From assembly GCA_964057225.1 (NCBI GenBank), contig OZ059900.1, positions 16,802,001 through 16,866,000 on the forward strand: DNA of 64,000 nt, written 5' to 3'. Both the position numbers and the translations under genes were made by a program. A model generated the notes under the pieces. The model searched no databases and was not told the origin of the DNA. It saw only the letters and a list, made by a program, of their open reading frames with translations. This DNA is from Auanema rhodensis. Its lineage: Eukaryota; Animalia; Nematoda. Position 1 is the stretch's first letter, and each line of letters begins with the position of its first letter. This document shows, in pieces, positions 12,701-27,900 of the stretch.

Positions 12701-15700
12701 TTTGACGACTCATATGAACAAAAATCGATTTAATCAATATTAGCCATAAGGGGCGTGCCCTCAGAATATGCTAATTTCCTTAATTTTCTAACCCTTGTTT
12801 TTTTGTCGTGAAAGTGGAACTAGACGTTGTACAAACAATTTTGAGCTAGGTTTCATTGACATTGCATGAGTTTGAACACATGAAATCGTAAGTCAAAACC
12901 TTGTTTACAGCGAAATTTCCAAAAACTGGTTTTCCAGCATGATAAAATATTTCTCATGGGAAATACTGTGTTTTTGTATTTTTCTAGTGTTCAGCATGTA
13001 AAATGCTTCATTTTAGTATGTAACACGCTGAAATTCGTTGCATTTGACGACTCATATGAACAAAAATCGATTTAATCAATATTAGCCATAAGGGGCGTGC
13101 CCTCAGAATATGCTAATTTCCTTAATTTTCTAACCCTTGTTTTTTTGTCGTGAAAGTGGAACTAGACGTTGTACGAACAATTTTGAGCTAGGTTTCATTG
13201 ACATTGCATGAGTTTGAACACATGAAATCGTAAGTCAAAACCTTGTTTACAGCGAAATTTCGAAAAACTGGTTTTCCAGCATAATAAAATATTTCTCATG
13301 GAAAAACTGTGTTTTTGTATTCTTCTAGTGTTCAGCATGTGAAATGCTTCATTTTAGTGTGTAACACGCTGAAATTCGTTGCATTTGACGACTCATATGA
13401 ACAAAAATCGATTTAATCAATATTAGCCATAAGGGGCGTGCCCTCAGAATATGCTAATTTCCTTAATTTTCTAACCCCTGTTTTTTTGTCGTGAAAGTGG
13501 AACTAGACGTTGTACGAACAATTTTGAGCTAGGTTTCATTGACATTGCATGAGTTTGAACACATGAAATCGTAAGTCAAAACCTTGTTTACAGCGAAATT
13601 TCCAAAAACTGGTTTTCCAGCATAATAAAATATTTCTCATGGGAAATACTGTGTTTTTGTATTTTTCTAGTGTTCAGCATGTAAAATGCTTCATTTTAGT
13701 ATGTAACACGCTGAAATTCGTTGCATTTGACGACTCATATGAACAAAAATCGATTTAATCAATATTAGCCATAAGGGGCGTGCCCTCAGAATATGCTAAT
13801 TTCCTTAATTTTCTAACCCTTGTTTTTTTGTCGTGAAAGTGGAACTAGACGTTGTACAAACAATTTTGAGCTAGGTTTCATTGACATTGCATGAGTTTGA
13901 ACACATGAAATCGTAAGTCAAAACCTTGTTTACAGCGAAATTTCCAAAAACTGGTTTTCCAGCATGATAAAATATTTCTCATGGGAAATACTGTGTTTTT
14001 GTATTTTTCTAGTGTTCAGCATGTAAAATGCTTCATTTTAGTATGTAACACGCTGAAATTCGTTGCATTTGACGACTCATATGAACAAAAATCGATTTAA
14101 TCAATATTAGCCATAAGGGGCGTGCCCTCAGAATATGCTAATTTCCTTAATTTTCTAACCCCTGTTTTTTTGTCGTGAAAGTGGAACTAGACGTTGTACG
14201 AACAATTTTGAGCTAGGTTTCATTGACATTGCATGAGTTTGAACACATGAAATCGTAAGTCAAAACCTTGTTTACAGCGAAATTTCCAAAAACTGGTTTT
14301 CCAGCATAATAAAATATTTCTCATGGGAAATACTGTGTTTTTGTATTTTTCTAGTGTTCAGCATGTAAAATGCTTCATTTTAGTATGTAACACGCTGAAA
14401 TTCGTTGCATTTGACGACTCATATGAACAAAAATCGATTTAATCAATATTAGCCATAAGGGGCGTGCCCTCAGAATATGCTAATTTCCTTAATTTTCTAA
14501 CCCTTGTTTTTTTGTCGTGAAAGTGGAACTAGACGTTGTACGAACAATTTTGAGCTAGGTTTCATTGACATTGCATGAGTTTGAACACATGAAATCGTAA
14601 GTCAAAACCTTGTTTACAGCGAAATTTCGAAAAACTGGTTTTCCAGCATAATAAAATATTTCTCATAGGAAATACTGTGTTTTGTATTCTTCTAGTGTTC
14701 AGCATGTGAAATGCTTCATTTTAGTGTGTAACACGCTGAAATTCGTTGCATTTGACGACTCATATGAACAAAAATCGATTTAATCAATATTAGCCATAAG
14801 GGGCGTGCCCTCAGAATATGCTAATTTCCTTAATTTTCTAACCCCTGTTTTTTTGTCGTGAAAGTGGAACTAGACGTTGTACGAACAATTTTGAGCTAGG
14901 TTTCATTGACATTGCATGAGTTTGAACACATGAAATCGTAAGTCAAAACCTTGTTTACAGCGAAATTTCCAAAAACTGGTTTTCCAGCATAATAAAATAT
15001 TTCTCATGGGAAATACTGTGTTTTTGTATTTTTCTAGTGTTCAGCATGTAAAATGCTTCATTTTAGTATGTAACACGCTGAAATTCGTTGCATTTGACGA
15101 CTCATATGAACAAAAATCGATTTAATCAATATTAGCCATAAGGGGCGTGCCCTCAGAATATGCTAATTTCCTTAATTTTCTAACCCTTGTTTTTTTGTCG
15201 TGAAAGTGGAACTAGACGTTGTACAAACAATTTTGAGCTAGGTTTCATTGACATTGCATGAGTTTGAACACATGAAATCGTAAGTCAAAACCTTGTTTAC
15301 AGCGAAATTTCCAAAAACTGGTTTTCCAGCATGATAAAATATTTCTCATGGGAAATACTGTGTTTTTGTATTTTTCTAGTGTTCAGCATGTAAAATGCTT
15401 CATTTTAGTATGTAACACGCTGAAATTCGTTGCATTTGACGACTCATATGAACAAAAATCGATTTAATCAATATTAGCCATAAGGGGCGTGCCCTCAGAA
15501 TATGCTAATTTCTTTAATTTTCTAACCCCTGTTTTTTTGTCGTGAAAGTGGAACTAGACGTTGTACGAACAATTTTGAGCTAGGTTTCATTGACATTGCA
15601 TGAGTTTGAACACATGAAATCGTAAGTCAAAACCTTGTTTACAGCGAAATTTCCAAAAACTGGTTTTCCAGCATAATAAAATATTTCTCATGGGAAATAC

Positions 15701-18700
15701 TGTGTTTTTGTATTCTTCTAGTGTTCAGCATGTAAAATGCTTCATTTTAGTATGTAACACGCTGAAATTCGTTGCATTTGACGACTCATATGAACAAAAA
15801 TCGATTTAATCAATATTAGCCATAAGGGGCGTGCCCTCAGAATATGCTAATTTCCTTAATTTTCTAACCCCTGTTTTTTTGTCGTGAAAGTGGAACTAGA
15901 CGTTGTACGAACAATTTTGAGCTAGGTTTCATTGACATTGCATGAGTTTGAACACATGAAATCGTAAGTCAAAACCTTGTTTACAGCGAAATTTCCACAA
16001 ACTGGTTTTCCAGCATGATAAAATATTTCTCATGGGAAATACTGTGTTTTTGTATTCTTCTAGTGTTCAGCATGTAAAATGCTTCATTTTAGTATGTAAC
16101 ACGCTGAAATTCGTTGCATTTGACGACTCATATGAACAAAAATCGATTTAATCAATATTAGCCATAAGGGGCGTGCCCTCAGAATATGCTAATTTCCTTA
16201 ATTTTCTAACCCCTGTTTTTTTGTCGTGAAAGTGGAACTAGACGTTGTACGAACAATTTTGAGCTAGGTTTCATTGACATTGCATGAGTTTGAACACATG
16301 AAATCGTAAGTCAAAACCTTGTTTACAGCGAAATTTCCAAAAACTGGTTTTCCAGCATAATAAAATATTTCTCATGGGAAATACTGTGTTTTTGTATTTT
16401 TCTAGTGTTCAGCATGTAAAATGCTTCATTTTAGTATGTAACACGCTGAAATTCGTTGCATTTGACGACTCATATGAACAAAAATCGATTTAATCAATAT
16501 TAGCCATAAGGGGCGTGCCCTCAGAATATGCTAATTTCCTTAATTTTCTAACCCCTGTTTTTTTGTCGTGAAAGTGGAACTAGACGTTGTACGAACAATT
16601 TTGAGCTAGGTTTCATTGACATTGCATGAGTTTGAACACATGAAATCGTAAGTCAAAACCTTGTTTACAGCGAAATTTCCAAAAACTGGTTTTCCAGCAT
16701 AATAAAATATTTCTCATGGGAAATACTGTGTTTTTGTATTTTTCTAGTGTTCAGCATGTAAAATGCTTCATTTTAGTATGTAACACGCTGAAATTCGTTG
16801 CATTTGACGACTCATATGAACAATAATCGATTTAATCAATATTAGCCATAAGGGGCGTGCCCTCAGAATATGCTAATTTCCTTAATTTTCTAACCCCTGT
16901 TTTTTTGTCGTGAAAGTGGAACTAGACGTTGTACAAACAATTTTGAGCTAGGTTTCATTGACATTGCATGAGTTTGAACACATGAAATCGTAAGTCAAAA
17001 CCTTGTTTACAGCGAAATTTCCAAAAACTGGTTTTCCAGCATAATAAAATATTTCTCATGGGAAATACTGTGTTTTTGTATTTTTCTAGTGTTCAGCATG
17101 TAAAATGCTTCATTTTAGTATGTAACACGCTGAAATTCGTTGCATTTGACGACTCATATGAACAAAAATCGATTTAATCAATATTAGCCATAAGGGGCGT
17201 GCCCTCAGAATATGCTAATTTCCTTAATTTTCTAACCCTTGTTTTTTTGTCGTGAAAGTGGAACTAGACGTTGTACGAACAATTTTGAGCTAGGTTTCAT
17301 TGACATTGCATGAGTTTGAACACATGAAATCGTAAGTCAAAACCTTGTTTACAGCGAAATTTCGAAAAACTGGTTTTCCAGCATAATAAAATATTTCTCA
17401 TGGGAAATACTGTGTTTTTGTATTCTTCTAGTGTTCAGCATGTGAAATGCTTCATTTTAGTGTGTAACACGCTGAAATTCGTTGCATTTGACGACTCATA
17501 TGAACAAAAATCGATTTAATCAATATTAGCCATAAGGGGCGTGCCCTCAGAATATGCTAATTTCCTTAATTTTCTAACCCCTGTTTTTTTGTCGTGAAAG
17601 TGGAACTAGACGTTGTACGAACAATTTTGAGCTAGGTTTCATTGACATTGCATGAGTTTGAACACATGAAATCGTAAGTCAAAACCTTGTTTACAGCGAA
17701 ATTTCCAAAAACTGGTTTTCCAGCATAATAAAATATTTCTCATGGGAAATACTGTGTTTTTGTATTTTTCTAGTGTTCAGCATGTAAAATGCTTCATTTT
17801 AGTATGTAACACGCTGAAATTCGTTGCATTTGACGACTCATATGAACAAAAATCGATTTAATCAATATTAGCCATAAGGGGCGTGCCCTCAGAATATGCT
17901 AATTTCCTTAATTTTCTAACCCTTGTTTTTTTGTCGTGAAAGTGGAACTAGACGTTGTACAAACAATTTTGAGCTAGGTTTCATTGACATTGCATGAGTT
18001 TGAACACATGAAATCGTAAGTCAAAACCTTGTTTACAGCGAAATTTCCAAAAACTGGTTTTCCAGCATGATAAAATATTTCTCATGGGAAATACTGTGTT
18101 TTTGTATTTTTCTAGTGTTCAGCATGTAAAATGCTTCATTTTAGTATGTAACACGCTGAAATTCGTTGCATTTGACGACTCATATGAACAAAAATCGATT
18201 TAATCAATATTAGCCATAAGGGGCGTGCCCTCAGAATATGCTAATTTCCTTAATTTTCTAACCCCTGTTTTTTTGTCGTGAAAGTGGAACTAGACGTTGT
18301 ACGAACAATTTTGAGCTAGGTTTCATTGACATTGCATGAGTTTGAACACATGAAATCGTAAGTCAAAACCTTGTTTACAGCGAAATTTCCAAAAACTGGT
18401 TTTCCAGCATAATAAAATATTTCTCATGGGAAATACTGTGTTTTTGTATTCTTCTAGTGTTCAGCATGTGAAATGCTTCATTTTAGTGTGTAACACGCTG
18501 AAATTCGTTGCATTTGACGACTCATATGAACAAAAATCGATTTAATCAATATTAGCCATAAGGGGCGTGCCCTCAGAATATGCTAATTTCCTTAATTTTC
18601 TAACCCCTGTTTTTTTGTCGTGAAAGTGGAACTAAACGTTGTACGAACAATTTTGAGCTAGGTTTCATTGACATTGCATGAGTTTGAACACATGAAATCG

Positions 18701-21700
18701 TAAGTCAAAACCTTGTTTACAGCGAAATTTCCACAAACTGGTTTTCCAGCATAATAAAATATTTCTCATGGGAAATACTGTGTTTTTGTATTCTTCTAGT
18801 GTTCAGCATGTAAAATGCTTCATTTTAGTATGTAACACGCTGAAATTCGTTGCATTTGACGACTCATATGAACAAAAATCGATTTAATCAATATTAGCCA
18901 TAAGGGGCGTGCCCTCAGAATATGCTAATTTCCTTAATTTTCTAACCCCTGTTTTTTTGTCGTGAAAGTGGAACTAGACGTTGTACGAACAATTTTGAGC
19001 TAGGTTTCATTGACATTGCATGAGTTTGAACACATGAAATCGTAAGTCAAAACCTTGTTTACAGCGAAATTTCCAAAAACTGGTTTTCCAGCATAATAAA
19101 ACATTTCTCATGGGAAATACTGTGTTTTTGTATTTTTCTAGTGTTCAGCATGTAAAATGCTTCATTTTAGTATGTAACACGCTGAAATTCGTTGCATTTG
19201 ACGACTCATATGAACAAAAATCGATTTAATCAATATTAGCCATAAGGGGCGTGCCCTCAGAATATGCTAATTTCCTTAATTTTCTAACCCTTGTTTTTTT
19301 GTCGTGAAAGTGGAACTAGACGTTGTACGAACAATTTTGAGCTAGGTTTCATTGACATTGCATGAGTTTGAACACATGAAATCGTAAGTCAAAACCTTGT
19401 TTACAGCGAAATTTCGAAAAACTGGTTTTCCAGCATAATAAAATATTTCTCATGGGAAATACTGTGTTTTTGTATTCTTCTAGTGTTCAGCATGTGAAAT
19501 GCTTCATTTTAGTGTGTAACACGCTGAAATTCGTTGCATTTGACGACTCATATGAACAAAAATCGATTTAATCAATATTAGCCATAAGGGGCGTGCCCTC
19601 AGAATATGCTAATTTCCTTAATTTTCTAACCCCTGTTTTTTTGTCGTGAAAGTGGAACTAGACGTTGTACGAACAATTTTGAGCTAGGTTTCATTGACAT
19701 TGCATGAGTTTGAACACATGAAATCGTAAGTCAAAACCTTGTTTACAGCGAAATTTCCAAAAACTGGTTTTCCAGCATAATAAAATATTTCTCATGGGAA
19801 ATACTGTGTTTTTGTATTCTTCTAGTGTTCAGCATGTGAAATGCTTCATTTTAGTGTGTAACACGCTGAAATTCGTTGCATTTGACGACTCATATGAACA
19901 AAAATCGATTTAATCAATATTAGCCATAAGGGGCGTGCCCTCAGAATATGCTAATTTCCTTAATTTTCTAACCCCTGTTTTTTTGTCGTGAAAGTGGAAC
20001 TAGACGTTGTACGAACAATTTTGAGCTAGGTTTCATTGACATTGCATGAGTTTGAACACATGAAATCGTAAGTCAAAACCTTGTTTACAGCGAAATTTCC
20101 ACAAACTGGTTTTCCAGCATAATAAAATATTTCTCATGGGAAATACTGTGTTTTTGTATTCTTCTAGTGTTCAGCATGTAAAATGCTTCATTTTAGTATG
20201 TAACACGCTGAAATTCGTTGCATTTGACGACTCATATGAACAAAAATCGATTTAATCAATATTAGCCATAAGAGGCGTGCCCTCAGAATATGCTAATTTC
20301 CTTAATTTTCTAACCCCTGTTTTTTTGTCGTGAAAGTGGAACTAGACGTTGTAGGAACAATTTTGAGCTAGGTTTCATTGACATTGCATGAGTTTGAACA
20401 CATGAAATCGTAAGTCAAAACCTTGTTTACAGCGAAATTTCCAAAAACTGGTTTTCCAGCATAATAAAATATTTCTCATGGGAAATACTGTGTTTTTGTA
20501 TTTTTCTAGTGTTCAGCATGTGAAATGCTTCATTGTATGTAACACGCTGAAATTCGTTGCATTTGACGACTCATATGAACAAAAATCGATTTAATCAATA
20601 TTAGCCATAAGGGGCGTGCCCTCAGAATATGCTAATTTCCTTAATTTTCTAACCCCTGTTTTTTTGTCGTGAAAGTGGAACTAGACGTTGTACGAACAAT
20701 TTTGAGCTAGGTTTCATTGACATTGCATGAGTTTGAACACATGAAATCGTAAGTCAAAACCTTGTTTACAGCGAAATTTCCAAAAACTGGTTTTCCAGCA
20801 TAATAAAACATTTCTCATGGGAAATACTGTGTTTTTGTATTTTTCTAGTGTTCAGCATGTAAAATGCTTCATTTTAGTATGTAACACGCTGAAATTCGTT
20901 GCATTTGACGACTCATATGAACAAAAATCGATTTAATCAATATTAGCCATAAGGGGCGTGCCCTCAGAATATGCTAATTTCCTTAATTTTCTAACCCTTG
21001 TTTTTTTGTCGTGAAAGTGGAACTAGACGTTGTACGAACAATTTTGAGCTAGGTTTCATTGACATTGCATGAGTTTGAACACATGAAATCGTAAGTCAAA
21101 ACCTTGTTTACAGCGAAATTTCGAAAAACTGGTTTTCCAGCATAATAAAATATTTCTCATGGGAAATACTGTGTTTTTGTATTCTTCTAGTGTTCAGCAT
21201 GTGAAATGCTTCATTTTAGTGTGTAACACGCTGAAATTCGTTGCATTTGACGACTCATATGAACAAAAATCGATTTAATCAATATTAGCCATAAGGGGCG
21301 TGCCCTCAGAATATGCTAATTTCCTTAATTTTCTAACCCCTGTTTTTTTGTCGTGAAAGTGGAACTAGACGTTGTACGAACAATTTTGAGCTAGGTTTCA
21401 TTGACATTGCATGAGTTTGAACACATGAAATCGTAAGTCAAAACCTTGTTTACAGCGAAATTTCCAAAAACTGGTTTTCCAGCATAATAAAATATTTCTC
21501 ATGGGAAATACTGTGTTTTTGTATTTTTCTAGTGTTCAGCATGTAAAATGCTTCATTTTAGTATGTAACACGCTGAAATTCGTTGCACTTGACGACTCAT
21601 ATGAACAAAAATCGATTTAATCAATATTAGCCATAAGGGGCGTGCCCTCAGAATATGCTAATTTCCTTAATTTTCTAACCCTTGTTTTTTTGTCGTGAAA

Positions 21701-23849
21701 GTGGAACTAGACGTTGTACAAACAATTTTGAGCTAGGTTTCATTGACATTGCATGAGTTTGAACACATGAAATCGTAAGTCAAAACCTTGTTTACAGCGA
21801 AATTTCCAAAAACTGGTTTTCCAGCATGATAAAATATTTCTCATGGGAAATACTGTGTTTTTGTATTTTTCTAGTGTTCAGCATGTAAAATGCTTCATTT
21901 TAGTATGTAACACGCTGAAATTCGTTGCATTTGACGACTCATATGAACAAAAATCGATTTAATCAATATTAGCCATAAGGGGCGTGCCCTCAGAATATGC
22001 TAATTTCCTTAATTTTCTAACCCCTGTTTTTTTGTCGTGAAAGTGGAACTAGACGTTGTACGAACAATTTTGAGCTAGGTTTCATTGACATTGCATGAGT
22101 TTGAACACATGAAATCGTAAGTCAAAACCTTGTTTACAGCGAAATTTCCACAAACTGGTTTTCCAGCATAATAAAATATTTCTCATGGGAAATACTGTGT
22201 TTTTGTATTCTTCTAGTGTTCAGCATGTAAAATGCTTCATTTTAGTATGTAACACGCTGAAATTCGTTGCATTTGACGACTCATATGAACAAAAATCGAT
22301 TTAATCAATATTAGCCATAAGGGGCGTGCCCTCAGAATATGCTAATTTCCTTAATTTTCTAACCCCTGTTTTTTTGTCGTGAAAGTGGAACTAGACGTTG
22401 TACGAACAATTTTGAGCTAGGTTTCATTGACATTGCATGAGTTTGAACACATGAAATCGTAAGTCAAAACCTTGTTTACAGCGAAATTTCCAAAAACTGG
22501 TTTTCCAGCATAATAAAATATTTATCATGGGAAATACTGTGTTTTTGTATTTTTCTAGTGTTCAGCATGTAAAATGCTTCATTTTAGTATGTAACACGCT
22601 GAAATTCGTTGCATTTGACGACTCATATGAACAAAAATCGATTTAATCAATATTAGCCATAAGGGGCGTGCCCTCAGAATATGCTAATTTCCTTAATTTT
22701 CTAACCCTTGTTTTTTTGTCGTGAAAGTGGAACTAGACGTTGTACGAACAATTTTGAGCTAGGTTTCATTGACATTGCATGAGTTTGAACACATGAAATC
22801 GTAAGTCAAAACCTTGTTTACAGCGAAATTTCGAAAAACTGGTTTTCCAGCATAATAAAATATTTCTCATGGGAAATACTGTGTTTTTGTATTCTTCTAG
22901 TGTTCAGCATGTGAAATGCTTCATTTTAGTGTGTAACACGCTGAAATTCGTTGCATTTGACGACTCATATGAACAAAAATCGATTTAATCAATATTAGCC
23001 ATAAGGGGCGTGCCCTCAGAATATGCTAATTTCCTTAATTTTCTAACCCCTGTTTTTTTGTCGTGAAAGTGGAACTAGACGTTGTACAAACAATTTTGAG
23101 CTAGGTTTCATTGACATTGCATGAGTTTGAACACATGAAATCGTAAGTCAAAACCTTGTTTACAGCGAAATTTCCAAAAACTGGTTTTCCAGCATAATAA
23201 AATATTTCTCATGGGAAATACTGTGTTTTTGTATTTTTCTAGTGTTCAGCATGTAAAATGCTTCATTTTAGTATGTAACACGCTGAAATTCGTTGCATTT
23301 GACGACTCATATGAACAAAAATCGATTTAATCAATATTAGCCATAAGGGGCGTGCCCTCAGAATATGCTAATTTCCTTAATTTTCTAACCCTTGTTTTTT
23401 TGTCGTGAAAGTGGAACTAGACGTTGTACAAACAATTTTGAGCTAGGTTTCATTGACATTGCATGAGTTTGAACACATGAAATCGTAAGTCAAAACCTTG
23501 TTTACAGCGAAATTTCCAAAAACTGGTTTTCCAGCATGATAAAATATTTCTCATGGGAAATACTGTGTTTTTGTATTTTTCTAGTGTTCAGCATGTAAAA
23601 TGCTTCATTTTAGTATGTAACACGCTGAAATTCGTTGCATTTGACGACTCATATGAACAAAAATCGATTTAATCAATATTAGCCATAAGGGGCGTGCCCT
23701 CAGAATATGCTAATTTCCTTAATTTTCTAACCCCTGTTTTTTTGTCGTGAAAGTGGAACTAGACGTTGTACGAACAATTTTGAGCTAGGTTTCATTGACA
23801 TTGCATGAGTTTGAACACATGAAATCGTAAGTCAAAACCTTGTTTACAG

Positions 23850-26800
23850 CGAAATTTCCACAAACTGGTTTTCCAGCATAATAAAATATTTCTCATGGGA
23901 AATACTGTGTTTTTGTATTCTTCTAGTGTTCAGCATGTGAAATGCTTCATTTTAGTGTGTAACACGCTGAAATTCGTTGCATTTGACGACTCATATGAAC
24001 AAAAATCGATTTAATCAATATTAGCCATAAGGGGCGTGCCCTCAGAATATGCTAATTTCCTTAATTTTCTAACCCCCGTTTTTTTGTCGTGAAAGTGGAA
24101 CTAGACGTTGTACGAACAATTTTGAGCTAGGTTTCATTGACATTGCATGAGTTTGAACACATGAAATCGTAAGTCAAAACCTTGTTTACAGCGAAATTTC
24201 CAAAAACTGGTTTTCCAGCATGATAAAATATTTCTCATGGGAAATACTGTGTTTTTGTATTCTTCTAGTGTTCAGCATGTGAAATGCTTCATTTTAGTGT
24301 GTAACACGCTGAAATTCGTTGCATTTGACGACTCATATGAACAAAAATCGATTTAATCAATATTAGCCATAAGGGGCGTGCCCTCAGAATATGCTAATTT
24401 CCTTAATTTTCTAACCCCTGTTTTTTTGTCGTGAAAGTGGAACTAGACGTTGTACAAACAATTTTGAGCTAGGTTTCATTGACATTGCATGAGTTTGAAC
24501 ACATGAAATCGTAAGTCAAAACCTTGTTTACAGCGAAATTTCCAAAAACTGGTTTTCCAGCATAATAAAATATTTCTAAATTCGTTGCATTTGACGACTC
24601 ATATGAACAAAAATCGATTTAATCAATATTAGCCATAAGGGGCGTGCCCTCAGAATATGCTAATTTCCTTAATTTTCTAACCCTTGTTTTTTTGTCGTGA
24701 AAGTGGAACTAGACGTTGTACAAACAATTTTGAGCTAGGTTTCATTGACATTGCATGAGTTTGAACACATGAAATCGTAAGTCAAAACCTTGTTTACAGC
24801 GAAATTTCCAAAAACTGGTTTTCCAGCATGATAAAATATTTCTCATGGGAAATACTGTGTTTTTGTATTTTTCTAGTGTTCAGCATGTAAAATGCTTCAT
24901 TTTAGTATGTAACACGCTGAAATTCGTTGCATTTGACGACTCATATGAACAAAAATCGATTTAATCAATATTAGCCATAAGGGGCGTGCCCTCAGAATAT
25001 GCTAATTTCCTTAATTTTCTAACCCCTGTTTTTTTGTCGTGAAAGTGGAACTAGACGTTGTACGAACAATTTTGAGCTAGGTTTCATTGACATTGCATGA
25101 GTTTGAACACATGAAATCGTAAGTCAAAACCTTGTTTACAGCGAAATTTCCACAAACTGGTTTTCCAGCATAATAAAATATTTCTCATGGGAAATACTGT
25201 GTTTTTGTATTCTTCTAGTGTTCAGCATGTGAAATGCTTCATTTTAGTGTGTAACACGCTGAAATTCGTTGCATTTGACGACTCATATGAACAAAAATCG
25301 ATTTAATCAATATTAGCCATAAGGGGCGTGCCCTCAGAATATGCTAATTTCCTTAATTTTCTAACCCCCGTTTTTTTGTCGTGAAAGTGGAACTAGACGT
25401 TGTACGAACAATTTTGAGCTAGGTTTCATTGACATTGCATGAGTTTGAACACATGAAATCGTAAGTCAAAACCTTGTTTACAGCGAAATTTCCAAAAACT
25501 GGTTTTCCAGCATGATAAAATATTTCTCATGGGAAATACTGTGTTTTTGTATTCTTCTAGTGTTCAGCATGTGAAATGCTTCATTTTAGTGTGTAACACG
25601 CTGAAATTCGTTGCATTTGACGACTCATATGAACAAAAATCGATTTAATCAATATTAGCCATAAGGGGCGTGCCCTCAGAATATGCTAATTTCCTTAATT
25701 TTCTAACCCCTGTTTTTTTGTCGTGAAAGTGGAACTAGACGTTGTACAAACAATTTTGAGCTAGGTTTCATTGACATTGCATGAGTTTGAACACATGAAA
25801 TCGTAAGTCAAAACCTTGTTTACAGCGAAATTTCCAAAAACTGGTTTTCCAGCATAATAAAATATTTCTCATGGGAAATACTGTGTTTTTGTATTCTTCT
25901 AGTGTTCAGCATGTGAAATGCTTCATTTTAGTGTGTAACACGCTGAAATTCGTTGCATTTGACGACTCATATGAACAAAAATCGATTTAATCAATATTAG
26001 CCATAAGGGGCGTGCCCTCAGAATATGCTAATTTCCTTAATTTTCTAACCCCTGTTTTTTTGTCGTGAAAGTGGAACTAGACGTTGTACAAACAATTTTG
26101 AGCTAGGTTTCATTGACATTGCATGAGTTTGAACACATGAAATCGTAAGTCAAAACCTTGTTTACAGCGAAATTTCCAAAAACTGGTTTTCCAGCATAAT
26201 AAAATATTTCTCATGGGAAATACTGTGTTTTTGTATTTTTCTAGTGTTCAGCATGTAAAATGCTTCATTTTAGTATGTAACACGCTGAAATTCGTTGCAT
26301 TTGACGACTCATATGAACAAAAATCGATTTAATCAATATTAGCCATAAGGGGCGTGCCCTCAGAATATGCTAATTTCCTTAATTTTCTAACCCTTGTTTT
26401 TTTGTCGTGAAAGTGGAACTAGACGTTGTACAAACAATTTTGAGCTAGGTTTCATTGACATTGCATGAGTTTGAACACATGAAATCGTAAGTCAAAACCT
26501 TGTTTACAGCGAAATTTCCACAAACTGGTTTTCCAGCATAATAAAATATTTCTCATGGGAAATACTGTGTTTTTGTATTCTTCTAGTGTTCAGCATGTGA
26601 AATGCTTCATTTTAGTGTGTAACACGCTGAAATTCGTTGCATTTGACGACTCATATGAACAAAAATCGATTTAATCAATATTAGCCATAAGGGGCGTGCC
26701 CTCAGAATATGCTAATTTCCTTAATTTTCTAACCCCCGTTTTTTTGTCGTGAAAGTGGAACTAGACGTTGTACGAACAATTTTGAGCTAGGTTTCATTGA

Positions 26801-27900
26801 CATTGCATGAGTTTGAACACATGAAATCGTAAGTCAAAACCTTGTTTACAGCGAAATTTCCAAAAACTGGTTTTCCAGCATGATAAAATATTTCTCATGG
26901 GAAATACTGTGTTTTTGTATTCTTCTAGTGTTCAGCATGTGAAATGCTTCATTTTAGTGTGTAACACGCTGAAATTCGTTGCATTTGACGACTCATATGA
27001 ACAAAAATCGATTTAATCAATATTAGCCATAAGGGGCGTGCCCTCAGAATATGCTAATTTCCTTAATTTTCTAACCCCTGTTTTTTTGTCGTGAAAGTGG
27101 AACTAGACGTTGTACAAACAATTTTGAGCTAGGTTTCATTGACATTGCATGAGTTTGAACACATGAAATCGTAAGTCAAAACCTTGTTTACAGCGAAATT
27201 TCCAAAAACTGGTTTTCCAGCATAATAAAATATTTCTCATGGGAAATACTGTGTTTTTGTATTCTTCTAGTGTTCAGCATGTGAAATGCTTCATTTTAGT
27301 GTGTAACACGCTGAAATTCGTTGCATTTGACGACTCATATGAACAAAAATCGATTTAATCAATATTAGCCATAAGGGGCGTGCCCTCAGAATATGCTAAT
27401 TTCCTTAATTTTCTAACCCCTGTTTTTTTGTCGTGAAAGTGGAACTAGACGTTGTACAAACAATTTTGAGCTAGGTTTCATTGACATTGCATGAGTTTGA
27501 ACACATGAAATCGTAAGTCAAAACCTTGTTTACAGCGAAATTTCCAAAAACTGGTTTTCCAGCATAATAAAATATTTCTCATGGGAAATACTGTGTTTTT
27601 GTATTTTTCTAGTGTTCAGCATGTAAAATGCTTCATTTTAGTATGTAACACGCTGAAATTCGTTGCATTTGACGACTCATATGAACAAAAATCGATTTAA
27701 TCAATATTAGCCATAAGGGGCGTGCCCTCAGAATATGCTAATTTCCTTAATTTTCTAACCCTTGTTTTTTTGTCGTGAAAGTGGAACTAGACGTTGTACA
27801 AACAATTTTGAGCTAGGTTTCATTGACATTGCATGAGTTTGAACACATGAAATCGTAAGTCAAAACCTTGTTTACAGCGAAATTTCCAAAAACTGGTTTT
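23850..27900 (+). repeat. Local 4-monomer higher-order repeat (3 units in copy 1; 2 units in copy 2 at ~54.2-56.9 kb)
   Basis: The rare CCCCCG (m145C) marker sits at 24077, 25369 and 26737 (spacings 1292 = 4x342-76 and 1368 = 4x342), and at 54430 and 55798 in copy 2. Confidence 0.8.
24571..24590 (+). other. Junction of a 76-bp deletion (m304-342 plus m1-37 of the next monomer removed)
   Basis: Reads AAAATATTTCT|AAATTCGTTGC instead of AAAATATTTCTCATGGG...CACGCTGAAATTCGTTGC. The junction is at 24577/24578. Confidence 0.95.
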
